Below are positions 20,038 to 32,314 of a DNA stretch of 64,000 bases, piece after piece. The notes beneath the pieces were generated by a model. That model saw only the letters and a program-made list of their open reading frames with translations. It was not told the DNA's origin and made no database searches. The stretch is from positions 133,544 through 197,543 of the forward strand of contig PDIP01000052.1 in the NCBI GenBank assembly GCA_002811645.1, given 5' to 3'. The stretch comes from Corallochytrium limacisporum Hawaii (taxonomy: Eukaryota; Protista; Pluriformea). The position numbers and the translations under genes were made by a program. The first letter of the stretch is position 1, and each line of letters starts with the position of its first letter.

Positions 20038-22827
20038 TTAGCAGCCGGACTCAATAAGCTCCTCTACGCGACCAACGATGGCCTCCAGACGAGGCTCAGC
20101 CTGGGCCACAGCCTCCAAGACTTCCATGGGACTTGGCACAACCTCCAGACGGACATGGAGGGCGTTGCTACCACTGCCAGAGTGCAGTAGACCGCGGGCA
20201 ACGAGGTTGTACGTGATGAGTGACAGTTGGTGCTGGGGTAGGCTGAACGGCAGCGTGGCCTTGCGTGCCAACAGGAGGGCATGGTCGCACAACGCGGAGA
20301 ACGTGAAGTCCTGCAGACCGCGCAGACGTGCAAGGTCGCAGCCGGCCACAAGTACGAGTTGCTCGAAGAGTGTACTTTCTCTGACTGCCTGCATGGCAGG
20401 GGAGGTTGTCATCTCTGCGTACGTTTCGAGGAAATGCGCGGTGGTAACCTTAGGCGCCTGGCGGGACTGAGCAAGTGTTGCGGCCTTTCGCATAATATCC
20501 AGCACACGGCGAGCATCACCGGACAGTGAGGCAATCTTGCGACAGCAGGCGCTAATAGCTTCCTTTTCAAAAACGACACTCAGATTTTGTTTCTTCCTTT
20601 CAGGGACCTCATCGTCGTCGGAATCGAAGCATTCAGAATCTGGTTTCAGGCGCTCAGTTATGATCTTTTCGAGCTGGTCAGCGTTGTATGTGCTGAATTT
20701 GATCCGACAGGCGCCGATGCGGCTGGCAATGCGGGCGTGCATGAGACGCTCGGGCATGTCCAGGGCATTGGCAATGCCAATAACAATCAAACCACTGCGA
20801 CGCCCGTGTGGCCATTCAAAGATATTGTACAGCAGTTCCTGTTTGCCTTTGACAAGCTGGTCAAGCTCATCGAGCACGAGGATGGTCGGCGTCACGTCGT
20901 CGGCGCGCCGCTTTGGAGCTACGGTTGTGTAGTGAGTGCGCAGCAATGCAAGAGCCTGGGTGGGAGATGGACTCGTGGGCAACGCACCTTCACGAGCGGA
21001 CCCTTTGCAGCTTGTGCTCCTTTCGGTCTGCTCGGCAAGTTCATCGGCAAATGTTGCGTCGTAGAGGGCACAGTAGGTCTGCCGAGCATCCAAAATATTC
21101 AGGCCATTAATCTCGGCGTCGTTGAAATGTGGAATCTCTCCGGCGGCAGCCTGCTGGCGGAGCTGACGTAGGACAGCATGGACGGTAGCTGTCTTCCCGG
21201 TGCCAGGAGTGCCCGCAATGTACACTGTGGTGCCCGCCGCATTGGGATCGCAAAGACCGTCAAGCAAAACCTGGTAGAGATGATCAAACTCCTGCTCACG
21301 GCATGGCAAGGTCTTGGGACAGCTGGCCATGTGCAGAGCCTCCTGCGCAAGCTCCATGCTTCGATCAAGAGCGGTAGGGTCCTCATTTATGGTCATGGAC
21401 TGTTTCTGCACTTTCTTCTGTGTGCGCCTGGCTCGCATGGCCGCGACACGCCGTGCGGCAGCTGCAGTAGTTTTTGGTGTGGCCTTGGGCGTGGATTTTA
21501 CAATGGTCGGCTGTGCAGGACGGCGAGTGCGGGTGCTGCGGCACTTGTTGTTTGCAGCAGGCGTTCTGACGGATTTCCTCGCCGGAGGAGCAACTGCGGT
21601 GCTGGCATTCTTCGCCGTTTGACGACCCCGACCAGTGGTTTCTTTCTTTGTCGCCTTGCGCTTCTGTGCAACCGCTTTGGCTTTAGCTTTCACCTTGGTG
21701 CTCTGAGCCCTTGTCATTTTCTGTTTCTGTGGCTGCTTCTCATGTGATTCCATATCCTGATTCCTCTTCTTTGCGTCGGTGACACCCTCACCAGCCTGCC
21801 TCCGTATGGCCGCAGTGGCAGACTTAGCCGCACTGCGCGTAGGCCGTCTCGTGGCCAGGGAGGGCGCAGTGGACCTCATATCGTCCTCTTCAGATTCTGA
21901 AGTGCTCTCTTCCGCGGTTGCAGCTGCAGTTGCTTCCTTATCCATGGCTTCCTCGACCACAGCCATGGCAGACTCGAACGCGGCGTCCATGTTTTCTTCC
22001 CTGCCAACTTCTGGGCCCTTCTTGGTTTTGGTTGCATTTTTCTTCCTAGACACCGCTGTAGCTGCCGTTGGCCGCCGTGCTAACGCTGCCTTGGGCTTCT
22101 TGGGCGCTGCAGGAATCTTGATCTGAGTCTTGGAAGCGATTTTAGGGGTGACGACTGCATCGGCAGTAGTCGCTATGTTTTTTCCGGCCTTGCAGGCCGC
22201 GGCGGTGCTCCGGATCTGTGATTTTGACTTAGACGCGGCCGCTTTCTTTGCCGAAATCACCGTTGGCGGGCAAATTTTTGTTGGACGGGGCGTTCTCTGT
22301 ACCACCTTCGTTTCTGCTTTTGGCTTCACTGTGGAGGAAATGATCTTCTGTGCCGTTGTCCCCTTGATATTTTCTTTGTCTGATTCTGTCTCCAAATTCG
22401 CCAAGTCAAACAGCAGCCTCTGTGGTACAGTGGACGAGCTGGTTTTCTGCGAAGAGGTGTAGGTTACGCGCATGTCTTGCGTTCGCACTGGAGTGGAAGA
22501 CAGGACATCTCCTCCAGCCCAAGGGGAACAATCTGTGTGTCTCTGTTTTCGCGCCGGAATGTTTGTGCCAAAAATGTCTACCGGATTCGCCATGGTCATT
22601 GAAGTGTTCCCTGCTGTGTTCTGCGGTTCCAATTCATCGTCACTGTCGAACAAATTACGTACGGGAGACTTGACACTGTTGGGCTTATGAAACATTCTCC
22701 TCTTCATAGGTGTGACCTGGTTGCTGGCATAGCCACTATCGTTCAGTGACTCAACTGTGGTATTACTCTGCTGTGCCGACCGGTTCAAGAAGTCGTTAGC
22801 CACAATGGCCAATTGAGAAAACACCAT
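20038..22827 (-). CDS. ORC1: Origin recognition complex subunit 1 (AAA+), no BAH domain evident
   Basis: LPCREQEF, Walker A YIAGTPGTGKTATV, Walker B VLDELDQL, YNIFEWP, IANALDMPER and SGDARRVLD. Confidence 0.87.
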   Translation of the reverse strand: MVFSQLAIVANDFLNRSAQQSNTTVESLNDSGYASNQVTPMKRRMFHKPNSVKSPVRNLFDSDDELEPQNTAGNTSMTMANPVDIFGTNIPARKQRHTDCSPWAGGDVLSSTPVRTQDMRVTYTSSQKTSSSTVPQRLLFDLANLETESDKENIKGTTAQKIISSTVKPKAETKVVQRTPRPTKICPPTVISAKKAAASKSKSQIRSTAAACKAGKNIATTADAVVTPKIASKTQIKIPAAPKKPKAALARRPTAATAVSRKKNATKTKKGPEVGREENMDAAFESAMAVVEEAMDKEATAAATAEESTSESEEDDMRSTAPSLATRRPTRSAAKSATAAIRRQAGEGVTDAKKRNQDMESHEKQPQKQKMTRAQSTKVKAKAKAVAQKRKATKKETTGRGRQTAKNASTAVAPPARKSVRTPAANNKCRSTRTRRPAQPTIVKSTPKATPKTTAAAARRVAAMRARRTQKKVQKQSMTINEDPTALDRSMELAQEALHMASCPKTLPCREQEFDHLYQVLLDGLCDPNAAGTTVYIAGTPGTGKTATVHAVLRQLRQQAAAGEIPHFNDAEINGLNILDARQTYCALYDATFADELAEQTERSTSCKGSAREGALPTSPSPTQALALLRTHYTTVAPKRRADDVTPTILVLDELDQLVKGKQELLYNIFEWPHGRRSGLIVIGIANALDMPERLMHARIASRIGACRIKFSTYNADQLEKIITERLKPDSECFDSDDDEVPERKKQNLSVVFEKEAISACCRKIASLSGDARRVLDIMRKAATLAQSRQAPKVTTAHFLETYAEMTTSPAMQAVRESTLFEQLVLVAGCDLARLRGLQDFTFSALCDHALLLARKATLPFSLPQHQLSLITYNLVARGLLHSGSGSNALHVRLEVVPSPMEVLEAVAQAEPRLEAIVGRVEELIESGC

Positions 22828-23132
22828 GACTCTCGTTGTTTGACTTCTATCTCGCTACAACAGGATTGTGTTTATGTGATTAGACACCAGTTTGATCTAT
22901 TTAGAACAAGTTACATGCGATCATTTAAATACCAGCACAAAGATGGCGCCAGAAAACAACCACAACGAAAGCAAACAACATACCAACTGAACAAGCACGC
23001 CACAAAAAAGAAAGGGGGCTCCAGCCTTAGGGCACACCACCGGGACCCGGGGCACCCAAGTCGTTAGTTTCAGCACCATCGTGCTCGAGACCTGAGAACC
23101 CCCCAAAGGATATCCTTCACGACGGGAGAGCC

Positions 23133-23470
23133 TTTCGCGCGCGTAGGGTCCCCGCACAACCAGCGGGTTTCAGACTGCTGCACTCAGGCTGGGTTTCCGT
23201 TCGTACTAACTTTTTCTAACCTTCAAAACCCCCCCCCCCCCCGGGGGGCTCTTTCCTTCTTNNNNNNNNNNNNNNNNNNNNNNNNNNNNNNNNNNNNNNN
23301 NNNNNNNNNNNNNNNNNNNNNNNNNNNNNNNNNNNNNNNNNNNNNNNNNNNNNNNNNNNNNNNNNNNNNNNNNNNNNNNNNNNNNNNNNNTTTTCTAACC
23401 TTCAAAACCCCCCCCCCCCCCCGGGGGGCTCTTTCCTTCTTGCTCCTGTAACGGCTCAAACCTTTCGCGC
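23133..23470. promoter_or_regulatory. Two TTTCGCGC E2F-type sites upstream of ORC1 (23133-23140, 23463-23470)
   Basis: Exact consensus matches, both in the context CCTTTCGCGCGC. ORC1 is a known E2F target in animals. Confidence 0.55.
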
Positions 23471-24034
23471 GCACCAAAAATAGACTCCCTTTGTCTTTTT
23501 TGATTTGAATTTAAAACAATCAATAAATCAAATAAGAGGTACGGATGGAAAAGTGGCTTAAAAAATAAGTAACTGTGGTCAAAGAGGAGAGGGCCCCCTG
23601 TGTGCCCTGCGTGCCCCCCCTCCCTGCGGGACTTTGGGTGTGAGGGGACCGAAAGACGGGAGCCCATTTTGGTTACAAACAGGGGCACACTGCCTTTTGG
23701 AAAAACCGATGGTAGTGATACCACTGGGTAATACCTGCGAAATATTCGGGGCCTAAAGCAATGTTACGTGGAGAGTCAAGCTTGGCAGTTTGTGTTCGCA
23801 GTGAGCGACGGGGCTTCGGGCCCACCATGCCCCAAAGTCCGTGAGCGCCGGCGCTGATTTGGAGTAAAATTTAATCTGTCCTCACGGTTTGGTATGTAAA
23901 GTTCACCATCGCAGTGGTCTATGGGCCTTTTTTGGTATAATACAATCTGAGGTATCGGCTTGAATATAGAAGCGGCGAAAATGCGGAGAGTGTCAGGGTC
24001 ATAACAATTGGACTATCCGGCCATACAATCAACC

Positions 24035-25438
24035 ATGGCCCAAGTCATAGATCGTCTTAACGCAGCATCGTTCCGTGTGTACAATGCCCTGGGAATTGAA
24101 AACTTCAAGCAGTCGTCGATCGGCCATTCCATTGGTCAATTCTCGGAACGGGTCCAGGAAAAAATTGCCGCCTACCTGTGGCCACATGGCTACCTGGTCA
24201 TTGACGCGATGATGAGCTTGGTGTACATAGATGCCTTCCCCGCAGACCATGTGCTATGGGATAAGAATATGAGTCAAGTGGTGTCAGTCATTGGCGGGGA
24301 GTACAACTATGAGCGGATCGGTCGGGACGACTCACCAATTGGATATCCCGCAGGCCATATATATCTCTTCTGGCTCCTGGATTATATCGGTGGTGGTCCA
24401 GAGAACATGTTCGCGTCCCAGATCTTCTTTGCACTGGTGAGTGTCGCGACATGGTGGCTCATTGCACAAATCCACTCCGAGTTCTTCCAGGAGACAATAG
24501 ACCGAAAATCGCAGGTGCAAAAGGGCCATGCCGAAGCCGCACATTTTCTCTATTTGCTCGCGCCGACGGCGCGTCTGCTGCTGGTCACAAGATGCAGTCC
24601 GGATGGTATTGCTATGCTGCTTGTGTACGCAGCGTTGTATTTATACGCGGTAAAGAGGCAGTGGATTGCGGGTACGGTTGCGTATGCGCTAAGTGCCAGT
24701 ATCCGGTCGTCGGCCCTTGCGGATGCACCTGCGCTGATTATTATGCTCTGGCGAAGCTTGCCGGAGCGACACGCGCTTATGCACATTGGCATCATCGCTG
24801 CCATCCATCTCTTGCTCGGATGGCCGTTTCTGGTAGCAAATCCATGGGCCTATTTGCAACAAGGCTATTCAATGGTCGGTGGACCAGAAGCCACGCACCA
24901 CCCTGTACCGGGTATTCCTCGCGAAGTGATGGCCCTCGGGGCGCATGTTGGACACGTAGTCATGCTCTATGCTTTCGCTATCAAGAAACAATGGACCAAC
25001 AAGAGGGTACCCCGCAGTAAAGAAATGGTTACCATGCTGATCAACTGCAATATGATTGGCGCCATGTGGCAGCAGCACCTAGTGCGCTCGCGATATCTAC
25101 GGTACTTCCACACCATGCCCTTTGTGTTGGTCTTGGCTAACTTTGACGGATGGTCCATGTTCGTGGTCGGTCTAGTACTCGAATGTGGCTGGTTTTCTAT
25201 GCCAGGAGATGTCAGTCAATGGTTGGTGACACTGATGCAGGCTCTGATATGTTTCCGTCTCTACGTCGAGACGGGCACGGAGATCGCAGGTCACTCCGAT
25301 CTCCTGCCGCACACCTTGGCCGGTGCACAGCACGCGTTCAAGAACAGTTTGTCTCTACCGACGGACATGAGTGTGGACGAACTGGAACAATACAATCTCT
25401 ACCCGCATGACCGCGTGGAAGACATCGTGCATCAGTGA
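24035..25438 (+). CDS. Divergent ALG3-like GT-C membrane protein; catalytic motifs substituted
   Basis: Colinear with ALG3 (GEYNY..I.....PIGYPAGHIY, QIFF, DGIAM, LGWPFLVANPWAYL, YFHTMPF), but TEID, LRLFND, SVKMN and RSLHYQF are not conserved. The ATG has accATGg context. Confidence 0.82.
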   Translation: MAQVIDRLNAASFRVYNALGIENFKQSSIGHSIGQFSERVQEKIAAYLWPHGYLVIDAMMSLVYIDAFPADHVLWDKNMSQVVSVIGGEYNYERIGRDDSPIGYPAGHIYLFWLLDYIGGGPENMFASQIFFALVSVATWWLIAQIHSEFFQETIDRKSQVQKGHAEAAHFLYLLAPTARLLLVTRCSPDGIAMLLVYAALYLYAVKRQWIAGTVAYALSASIRSSALADAPALIIMLWRSLPERHALMHIGIIAAIHLLLGWPFLVANPWAYLQQGYSMVGGPEATHHPVPGIPREVMALGAHVGHVVMLYAFAIKKQWTNKRVPRSKEMVTMLINCNMIGAMWQQHLVRSRYLRYFHTMPFVLVLANFDGWSMFVVGLVLECGWFSMPGDVSQWLVTLMQALICFRLYVETGTEIAGHSDLLPHTLAGAQHAFKNSLSLPTDMSVDELEQYNLYPHDRVEDIVHQ

Positions 25439-28329
25439 GAGTATCCATCACACGATGAAAATCCTCCACCATATTCCAGCCGTTCGAGGCTGATGAAGAA
25501 CCAAAATACATACGGATAGTCTTAAAATGTTATAAATATCTGTTTTTTTAATATTAATATATATATACTTATATTTTAAATATTGTCCCTATTGAGAACA
25601 TTGTACGCACTAAACCACCTGCACCAAAGTTGCTATCTGGGCGCGAAATATTTCTAAACCAACCAACCCCGTAACCCGCATTTTCCATAGTGAGTGTGTA
25701 CGTTTTGAGCGAGTGGGGGGGAGAAGGGGTTCCCAATTTTAATCCCCCCCCCCTCGGGGGCCCGTTCTTCTTTCTGTCCAGACTGGCCTCTGCACCGTCA
25801 GTGTGTATAAGTTGCCCATTGCTCCAGTACCGCGTTTTCGGAGGCCGCGACTAAGCTGCCCAAAGTTGTGTAGAATACTCGGTGTTTTGTCCTGTCCGCC
25901 CTGCTCGGTGGCCACTCCGTCGTCGTCATCATCACGTAATACTTTGGGTACTCAATTCTTAATCTACCGTCCGCACAAGGCATTTTGCGATAGAGTGGTC
26001 AACGTCTATACTCTCGTGCACTCAGGGAGTGGCAAAAATTTGGTGGTTGTACGTTCGTTCGAGCACAAGACGTGCACATGGAAAAGTAGGCCAAAAGGTG
26101 TACTAATGTTCAGTATACGATCGAGGGAAGTGGAACACCCTCGTTTACAAAGGGGGGTGGTGGTCATAGAGCTTGTCGCCCCTACGTACGTGGGCTCACC
26201 CGCACACTACGACCTCCCAAAGCCCTACAGAACACATTTCTGAAACCGTGCTCTTCCTTCCGATTGGGGCCCTTGTCTTCGGTATCTTTTGTATCGAAAT
26301 GGCACCACTGGAAACGAGCACACACACCCCCCCCTCTCCCCGGGCGGGGCGAGGGAGCGATAGCTTCCCTTCTTTTTTTTTTCATTTTTTTCTTTCAGTA
26401 TTTTCCTTCCTTTGCTGAAAGGCCGTTGCGAGCCCAATGAATGTGCATCGCTGCTGCCAATGATTCCGTTCCCGGTGCCCCAGCAAAACACTGGCGCAAG
26501 GGATACAGAATTGAATTCTGGGGGTTCTTAAGGGTTTGGGAGGATAATACGTTCTGTACCGAAGAGCGATCGCGAAATGAAAAAGACAGATCCCTAACCC
26601 CCTCCTCCTTCTTCACCCCTGCCACTGGCGGACTGCTTGTTTCGCGCGCTTGTGTGGTGTTGTGCTCAATACCCGGGATAAATTACCATACAAAAATTGT
26701 AGGAAGCCTCACACTAGACTGGAATATGCTGAGCGAGAGATTTCGGATCTGGCGTTTCGTCTCCCGCTTCTTTGTCTTCTTAGATCCAGTACTGTAGATT
26801 AGAATTTCTAGGTTTTCGGTCTTGGATGGTGAACTGCCGTACCGCCGCTGCTGGTCGGCATCGGAAGAACACCGAAGCAAAGATGGGAAGGTAAACCTCA
26901 AGAACTATACATACAAAATGTATAGAAAGCTGGGCTCGACGGCACAAGCCAATACGCAATGGACAGCACAAAAGCCTTTTCGTTGCCTGGGGTATACTCA
27001 GTACACAAAGTATAGAAATCTTGACCCAATTTTTTGCGTGTAGTGAAAAAAAAAAAGCAAATGCAGTCAGTCAACAGCCACCTGCCAATGCACAAAAGAC
27101 AGGCAGGACCTCTTGGTAAAGAACAAACGAGCAATAGCGGACTCCTGGGATTCTATATTTTCTGTTGGTCAGTTTGTATGTGCGAATGACAAAACTCGAT
27201 CACCGGTAAACAGAAACGTTGAGGAATGCTTCTAAGAACTTCTGAAACTCTTCGTCGGCCTCATGTTCCAGGCACCATATCCAAGCAATGGAACCTCAGC
27301 GGTTGAACACCATGTGTTAGTATCGCTGTGAAAGGAAGGAGAGAGCAGAGAGTGAGAAAATTGAGCGGGTGACCGGCTTCAGACGCTCTTGCCCCGGCAC
27401 TTGGTCAGTTTCGTAGGTCATTGGTCCAATACATTCTCTAAACATTTGGAATCAGTGTGGAAGTATGAAAATTTTCTCTGCACTGCGTACAAGATCATCA
27501 AGCGATAGTCGGAGTTTTAGCAAGGCAAATGCAGTGCAGTCATAGGGTCCCAGGGTTTGTCCGCTCAACACTTTCTACCGAAAATGTGAAACTGACCACT
27601 CACCGCGCAAGGTTTCATTTAGATAGTGGAGGAAGGGAAGAAAATAATTGCTACTGATAACTATTTCAGCGGCCGTTTTTATTGAAGTTATTACTCCGCA
27701 AACCCAATGGGTACGTTGCCCACTACATTGTTAGTGGCACAGACGAAAGATAGAGTCCCGGAGAAACTGATTATTTCAAGGGCTCCTCCGCCCCCCTCTC
27801 CTCCCCTCGCGATTACCACGGTGGTTCCTGTCCTCTCTCTTTTTGTACAAGACGGACCATATGGAGTACGGTAGTGCCATACTTTCACTATCATTTTCTC
27901 CGGACCATTGAAATCATCGAAGGCCCGACACACAATGGGCCCGCACATACCTGTCGGTGGAGTGGTACCTGTGCCACACAGAGAGAAAGTATATAATGCA
28001 AGTCGTAGTCCGCGGACCGGTGTCTGACAAAAGGGGTAACCGACCCGACGTGGGTAGCATCTCGTACTTTTCGGCGATTTCCCTCATTGTTTCATTGTGG
28101 ACAAAAAATGTAGTGTATTCAGTATGAAATCGGGTTTCCGTTCTGGAGTTTATTTTTAGAAAATTTTGACAAATGATACGGTTGAGATATCTTAGGTTCT
28201 TCCATTGTTTTCTTCGGTCAAGGCCCATGCCTTCCACGCTTGGTGTGTGTGGTTTCCCGATGCGTAGAGCGGAAACATACTGAGATACGAGAGATCAACC
28301 CACGACTTTCTTTCCTTTCTTCCTTTTTC

Positions 28330-28332
<3 letters not shown>

Positions 28333-28374
<42 letters not shown>
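28333..28374. repeat. (TG)n microsatellite
   Basis: Seen directly. Confidence 0.95.
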
Positions 28375-28375
<1 letters not shown>

Positions 28376-31300
28376 ACCTCTGTCCGACCTCTCCCTTTGT
28401 TGCAATTCCTCTGTCATGGTCCACGCCCTGCGTTGTCGGGTGACGAGGATGGGCAAAGGTGAGAAAGGAATGGGGCAAATATTCAAGAAAACTGGAGAAG
28501 GAAAACCGGGGAGGAGAAAGAACAAAAAAGAGGGAAAAAAAAAGACAAGACAGAAAAAAAGAGAAAAAGAAAAGGTGCCACCAAAGGAACACAGACCACG
28601 GACGAAACGAGAGCAATTAAATAACGGCGTACGCTTCCCCATAAAGGGCTCTCACACTTTTGTCAGCTCCATTGAGTACATTTACAATGTAGAAATGAAA
28701 CGTGCCGGCAAAAACGAATGAGACCAAGCGACCATCGATGGATGACATCAAACGTAGGAATACGGAACAGGAGCCAAGCCAAAGGAAGAGTAGTACTAGC
28801 GAACTCCGTCCAGCACATGTCCACGACGAAGCCTCTTCGACGTTTTTCTTTTGTTGCAATCCGCAAAGAGGTGTCATAATTATGGTAGATTTACTACTGC
28901 TCATGAGTAGGGTTGAGATTTTAATTTAGAAAAAATGTACGACACAGGACAGAGTCACTGTGGAAGGGGTTCGGGTAGCCGGGGTACCGCCAACAACCAA
29001 AGAAACTCCAAAAAAAAAAAGAGGAATCTTGCACAGCAGCAGACAAATCCGGAAAAGACAATGAGAAAGACAATTAATGACGGATTGCACAACCCGGGCA
29101 TAGTATGGAATGCCGATGCAGCACAACAGAGAGGACATGTCCAGGTATGCCACTGTGGGGACTGGTTGAGGCAAAGGAAAGAAAGAAAGAAACAGGAGAC
29201 CGAGAAGGGAACGCGGGGGCGCCGGGGATTTCAAGCGAGGCGATGAGTGTGCCAGTGCAGAAGGAAAAAAAGTTGGGGGCGGTGGCTCCGGTGGGCACTT
29301 TTTGGTTTTGGGATTGGTTCGGTATTTCTTACAGTACTTTTACTATTTCTCAAGAGAGGGTGTTCTCCAGGAAGGTGAGCGAGAAGAGACACGCGCGCGA
29401 AGACACGAGAGACATCTTTGGAAGCGAACAGACTGACAAGAACCAGCAGCAGCAGCAGCAGCACAAGGAATTCATTAAGAGCAAGACAGGGAAGGACGAG
29501 GGAGGCGCACGGCGACAGGTTCTCAATAGCTAACCCGCCGCAATACCGGTTCGGCTCTCACTGTCTCAACTCTTTGTTCTCGGATCACAGCTTGGCGTCA
29601 AAGTGTCCACGAAATCTGCATCACTATGAAATTCCACAGTGAGTAATGGAGTAGTAGCAGTCGGGATCGGGCCGAAGGAAACGAAGAAAAGGAGAAGTAC
29701 AATGGTTTTTTATTCACCCGCAACGAACTTCGACTCCGAAGGAATCAAAAGACGAAACAAACCACGAAAGTTACAAAAAGACATGAAGGAAGTCGAAAAA
29801 AAACTCATCAGTCACTAACCGAAGTCCCAGGAGCACCAAATACCCACGCGGGTTTTTCAATTTGGAGAGCCCACCCGCGTTAGATGTTTGCTATGGTGAA
29901 TGCGCGATAAAGAATGTGAGAGATGGTCCTGGGGGTTGGTTGCGGGAGGGGAGCTTTGGTGAAGCAAACAGTGAAATCATCGCCTGCTCATTTGTCCGGT
30001 ACGTTCCCATATCGAATGAACCCCACCTTTCCTAACCCTTCCTCCGCCCCAGTGTTTTTTTTTTCCTTTTGGTCTCTCCTCTCTTCCCTTTGTGTGTGTG
30101 TACGATTTTTGCGTTGTCCTCCCCTTTAGATGCCGGGTCGTGTCACAGGCGTTCGGGAAGAACTGAGACAACATCAACAAACAAACAAAAAGGTGCCAAT
30201 GAAATAGACAAAACCCGCCAGCCCGACAGGTGAAGCTGTTTAGTTTTCCCCGAACATATTGAATACTCCAAGCTTACGCAACACATCGTGCGGCGGTTTC
30301 ACAGATGAAAAGAAAAAAAAAAGCAGCCGCAGTGCAGCAAATCAAGGCTTAGTTAGGGTAAGTCCTCGCGACGCAGCAGTACTCGTGCCGTAGGCATTTT
30401 TGTCTCGTCTTTTTCTCTTTTTCTTTCGTTTTTTTATTGTGGCATTGGCCATGCGCGCGTGTCGTCGAAGTGCGGGTCTTTGGTGTAGTGATCTCAGTTA
30501 CATTTCTAACTTTTTAATCGTTTTCTGACTACCGCAGAGATCGGTCTTTGCCTTTTTTTTTCCTCTGTGTGTCTACTGATTTTCTTGGAGTTAAATTTCC
30601 GTTCGGACGGCGGGAGGGTTGGCTATTGAATTTTTGCAAAACAAGAAAAGTTAGAAGAAGAAAACTTCAGAGCATCCCACTTTCTCTTTCGTTTTTGACA
30701 TTGGTTTCTCTGTGTGCGGCTCCCTGGCTAAGCACAAAAAAAAAGAAGGAGAAAGTATGGTGCACCAGGACGAAACGTGTGCGTGTGCATTGCATGGTAC
30801 CCTCGCGGGCAAAGCACCACGAAGCAGGACGAAAGAACGTGGTGATGGTGGGAGACTGACTGACTTTTTGCGAAGCCTTTAGAAATTTTGAAAGCCACCT
30901 GCTTGTGCTTACAAGTACCAACAAAAAGGACCCTTTCACGGTGGACGTTGTTACACGAGCCGACCAAGCCGTTGTGAAAAAACAAGCACCAAAAAAACAA
31001 GCATGGGAAGGTCCTGATAACGCGGCATTTTGCCATGACAGTCGGCTGGTCTCAGGGGTCTAACTCTGTTTGTTTGGGCACTAAAGCACCTTGGATTTGT
31101 TTGTGCCTTCGGTTTCCCTAGGCGTTGTCGGGCACCTTCGTCGATGTGTTGATTTCACGATCCCGTGTGATGAGATCTGCAACACACAGACACACACACC
31201 CTCCCCCTGTTTGGGGGTGGGTGGGTTTCATCCATATCTCCTCCCTCCCCGCTCTCGGGGTTTTAGGTACGTGTTAAGCGGTTCGAGTTGGGCCTGCCTG

Positions 31301-32222
31301 GGGAAAAATCCTCCCCCCCCCCTCTTCCAACCCAAAAAAGAAAGAACTAAGTAGATATCGAGGAAAGAAAGGGGGTCCCGAAAAATGCAGAACGTGTAAT
31401 GACCCCCCTATCGGGAAAGCATAGGATCTCTCTCTCTCTCTCCTATTATTTTTTCGTGTACAATGCGGGTCCCATCTTTCCTAGTTCCTATGAGTTAACG
31501 GTGTCTATCTCGGTAACTTGGCTTCATACTCTCACAGTGTCGGTCATACATCAGCAGACCAGGCCTGTTCCAAAATTCCACGATTGATGTTCCAAATCTT
31601 TTTCCCTTGTGTGAGTCAACTACCACGACCCCAACCCCCCCNNNNNNNNNNNNNNNNNNNNNNNNNNNNNNNNNNNNNNNNNNNNNNNNNNNNNNNNNNN
31701 NNNNNNNNNNNNNNNNNNNNNNNNNNNNNNNNNNNNNNNNNNNNNNNNNNNNNNNNNNNNNNNNNNNNNNNNNNNNNNNNNNNNNNNNNNNNNNNNNNNN
31801 NNNNNNNNNNNNNNNNNNNNNNNNNNNNNNNNNNNNACCCCCCCCCCCACCAACCACCACGGGGACCCCAGTGCTCTCCTAGTACATTTACTACTCTACG
31901 CAGTTTACTTTCTTCACCGGTTGGGACGTTCTGTTTTATCTGCGTGTTGGTGCTGAACAGGGACCCGCTTTTTCGTCGCTGCTGCCAACGACCAGTGTGT
32001 CCCACAGGTCTGCCATCATCAGCAGACATGTGTGAGCAAGCCCGGAGGCTTTCGGTGTCTCCAACGATGTACACTTTGACGCTCTAGATGATGTTGAAGA
32101 TGTCCAGGATCATCATCCTCAGAGACAAGAAAGGATGTTGAATTCACTCACTGCCTCTGTTGGGCATGGGTGCAGCATGCTAAACCTGTTGACTGATTCC
32201 TGATGATACGCTCTCATTTCAA

Positions 32223-32223
<1 letters not shown>

Positions 32224-32313
<90 letters not shown>
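32224..32313. repeat. (TG)n microsatellite, about 90 bp
   Basis: Seen directly. Confidence 0.95.

Positions 32314-32314
<1 letters not shown>

Noticed and set aside
23213-23441. Direct repeat of about 50 bp on both sides of the N-gap
   Set aside because: The same sequence flanks the gap and differs only in C-run length, which is typical of an unmerged contig overlap rather than a real repeat.
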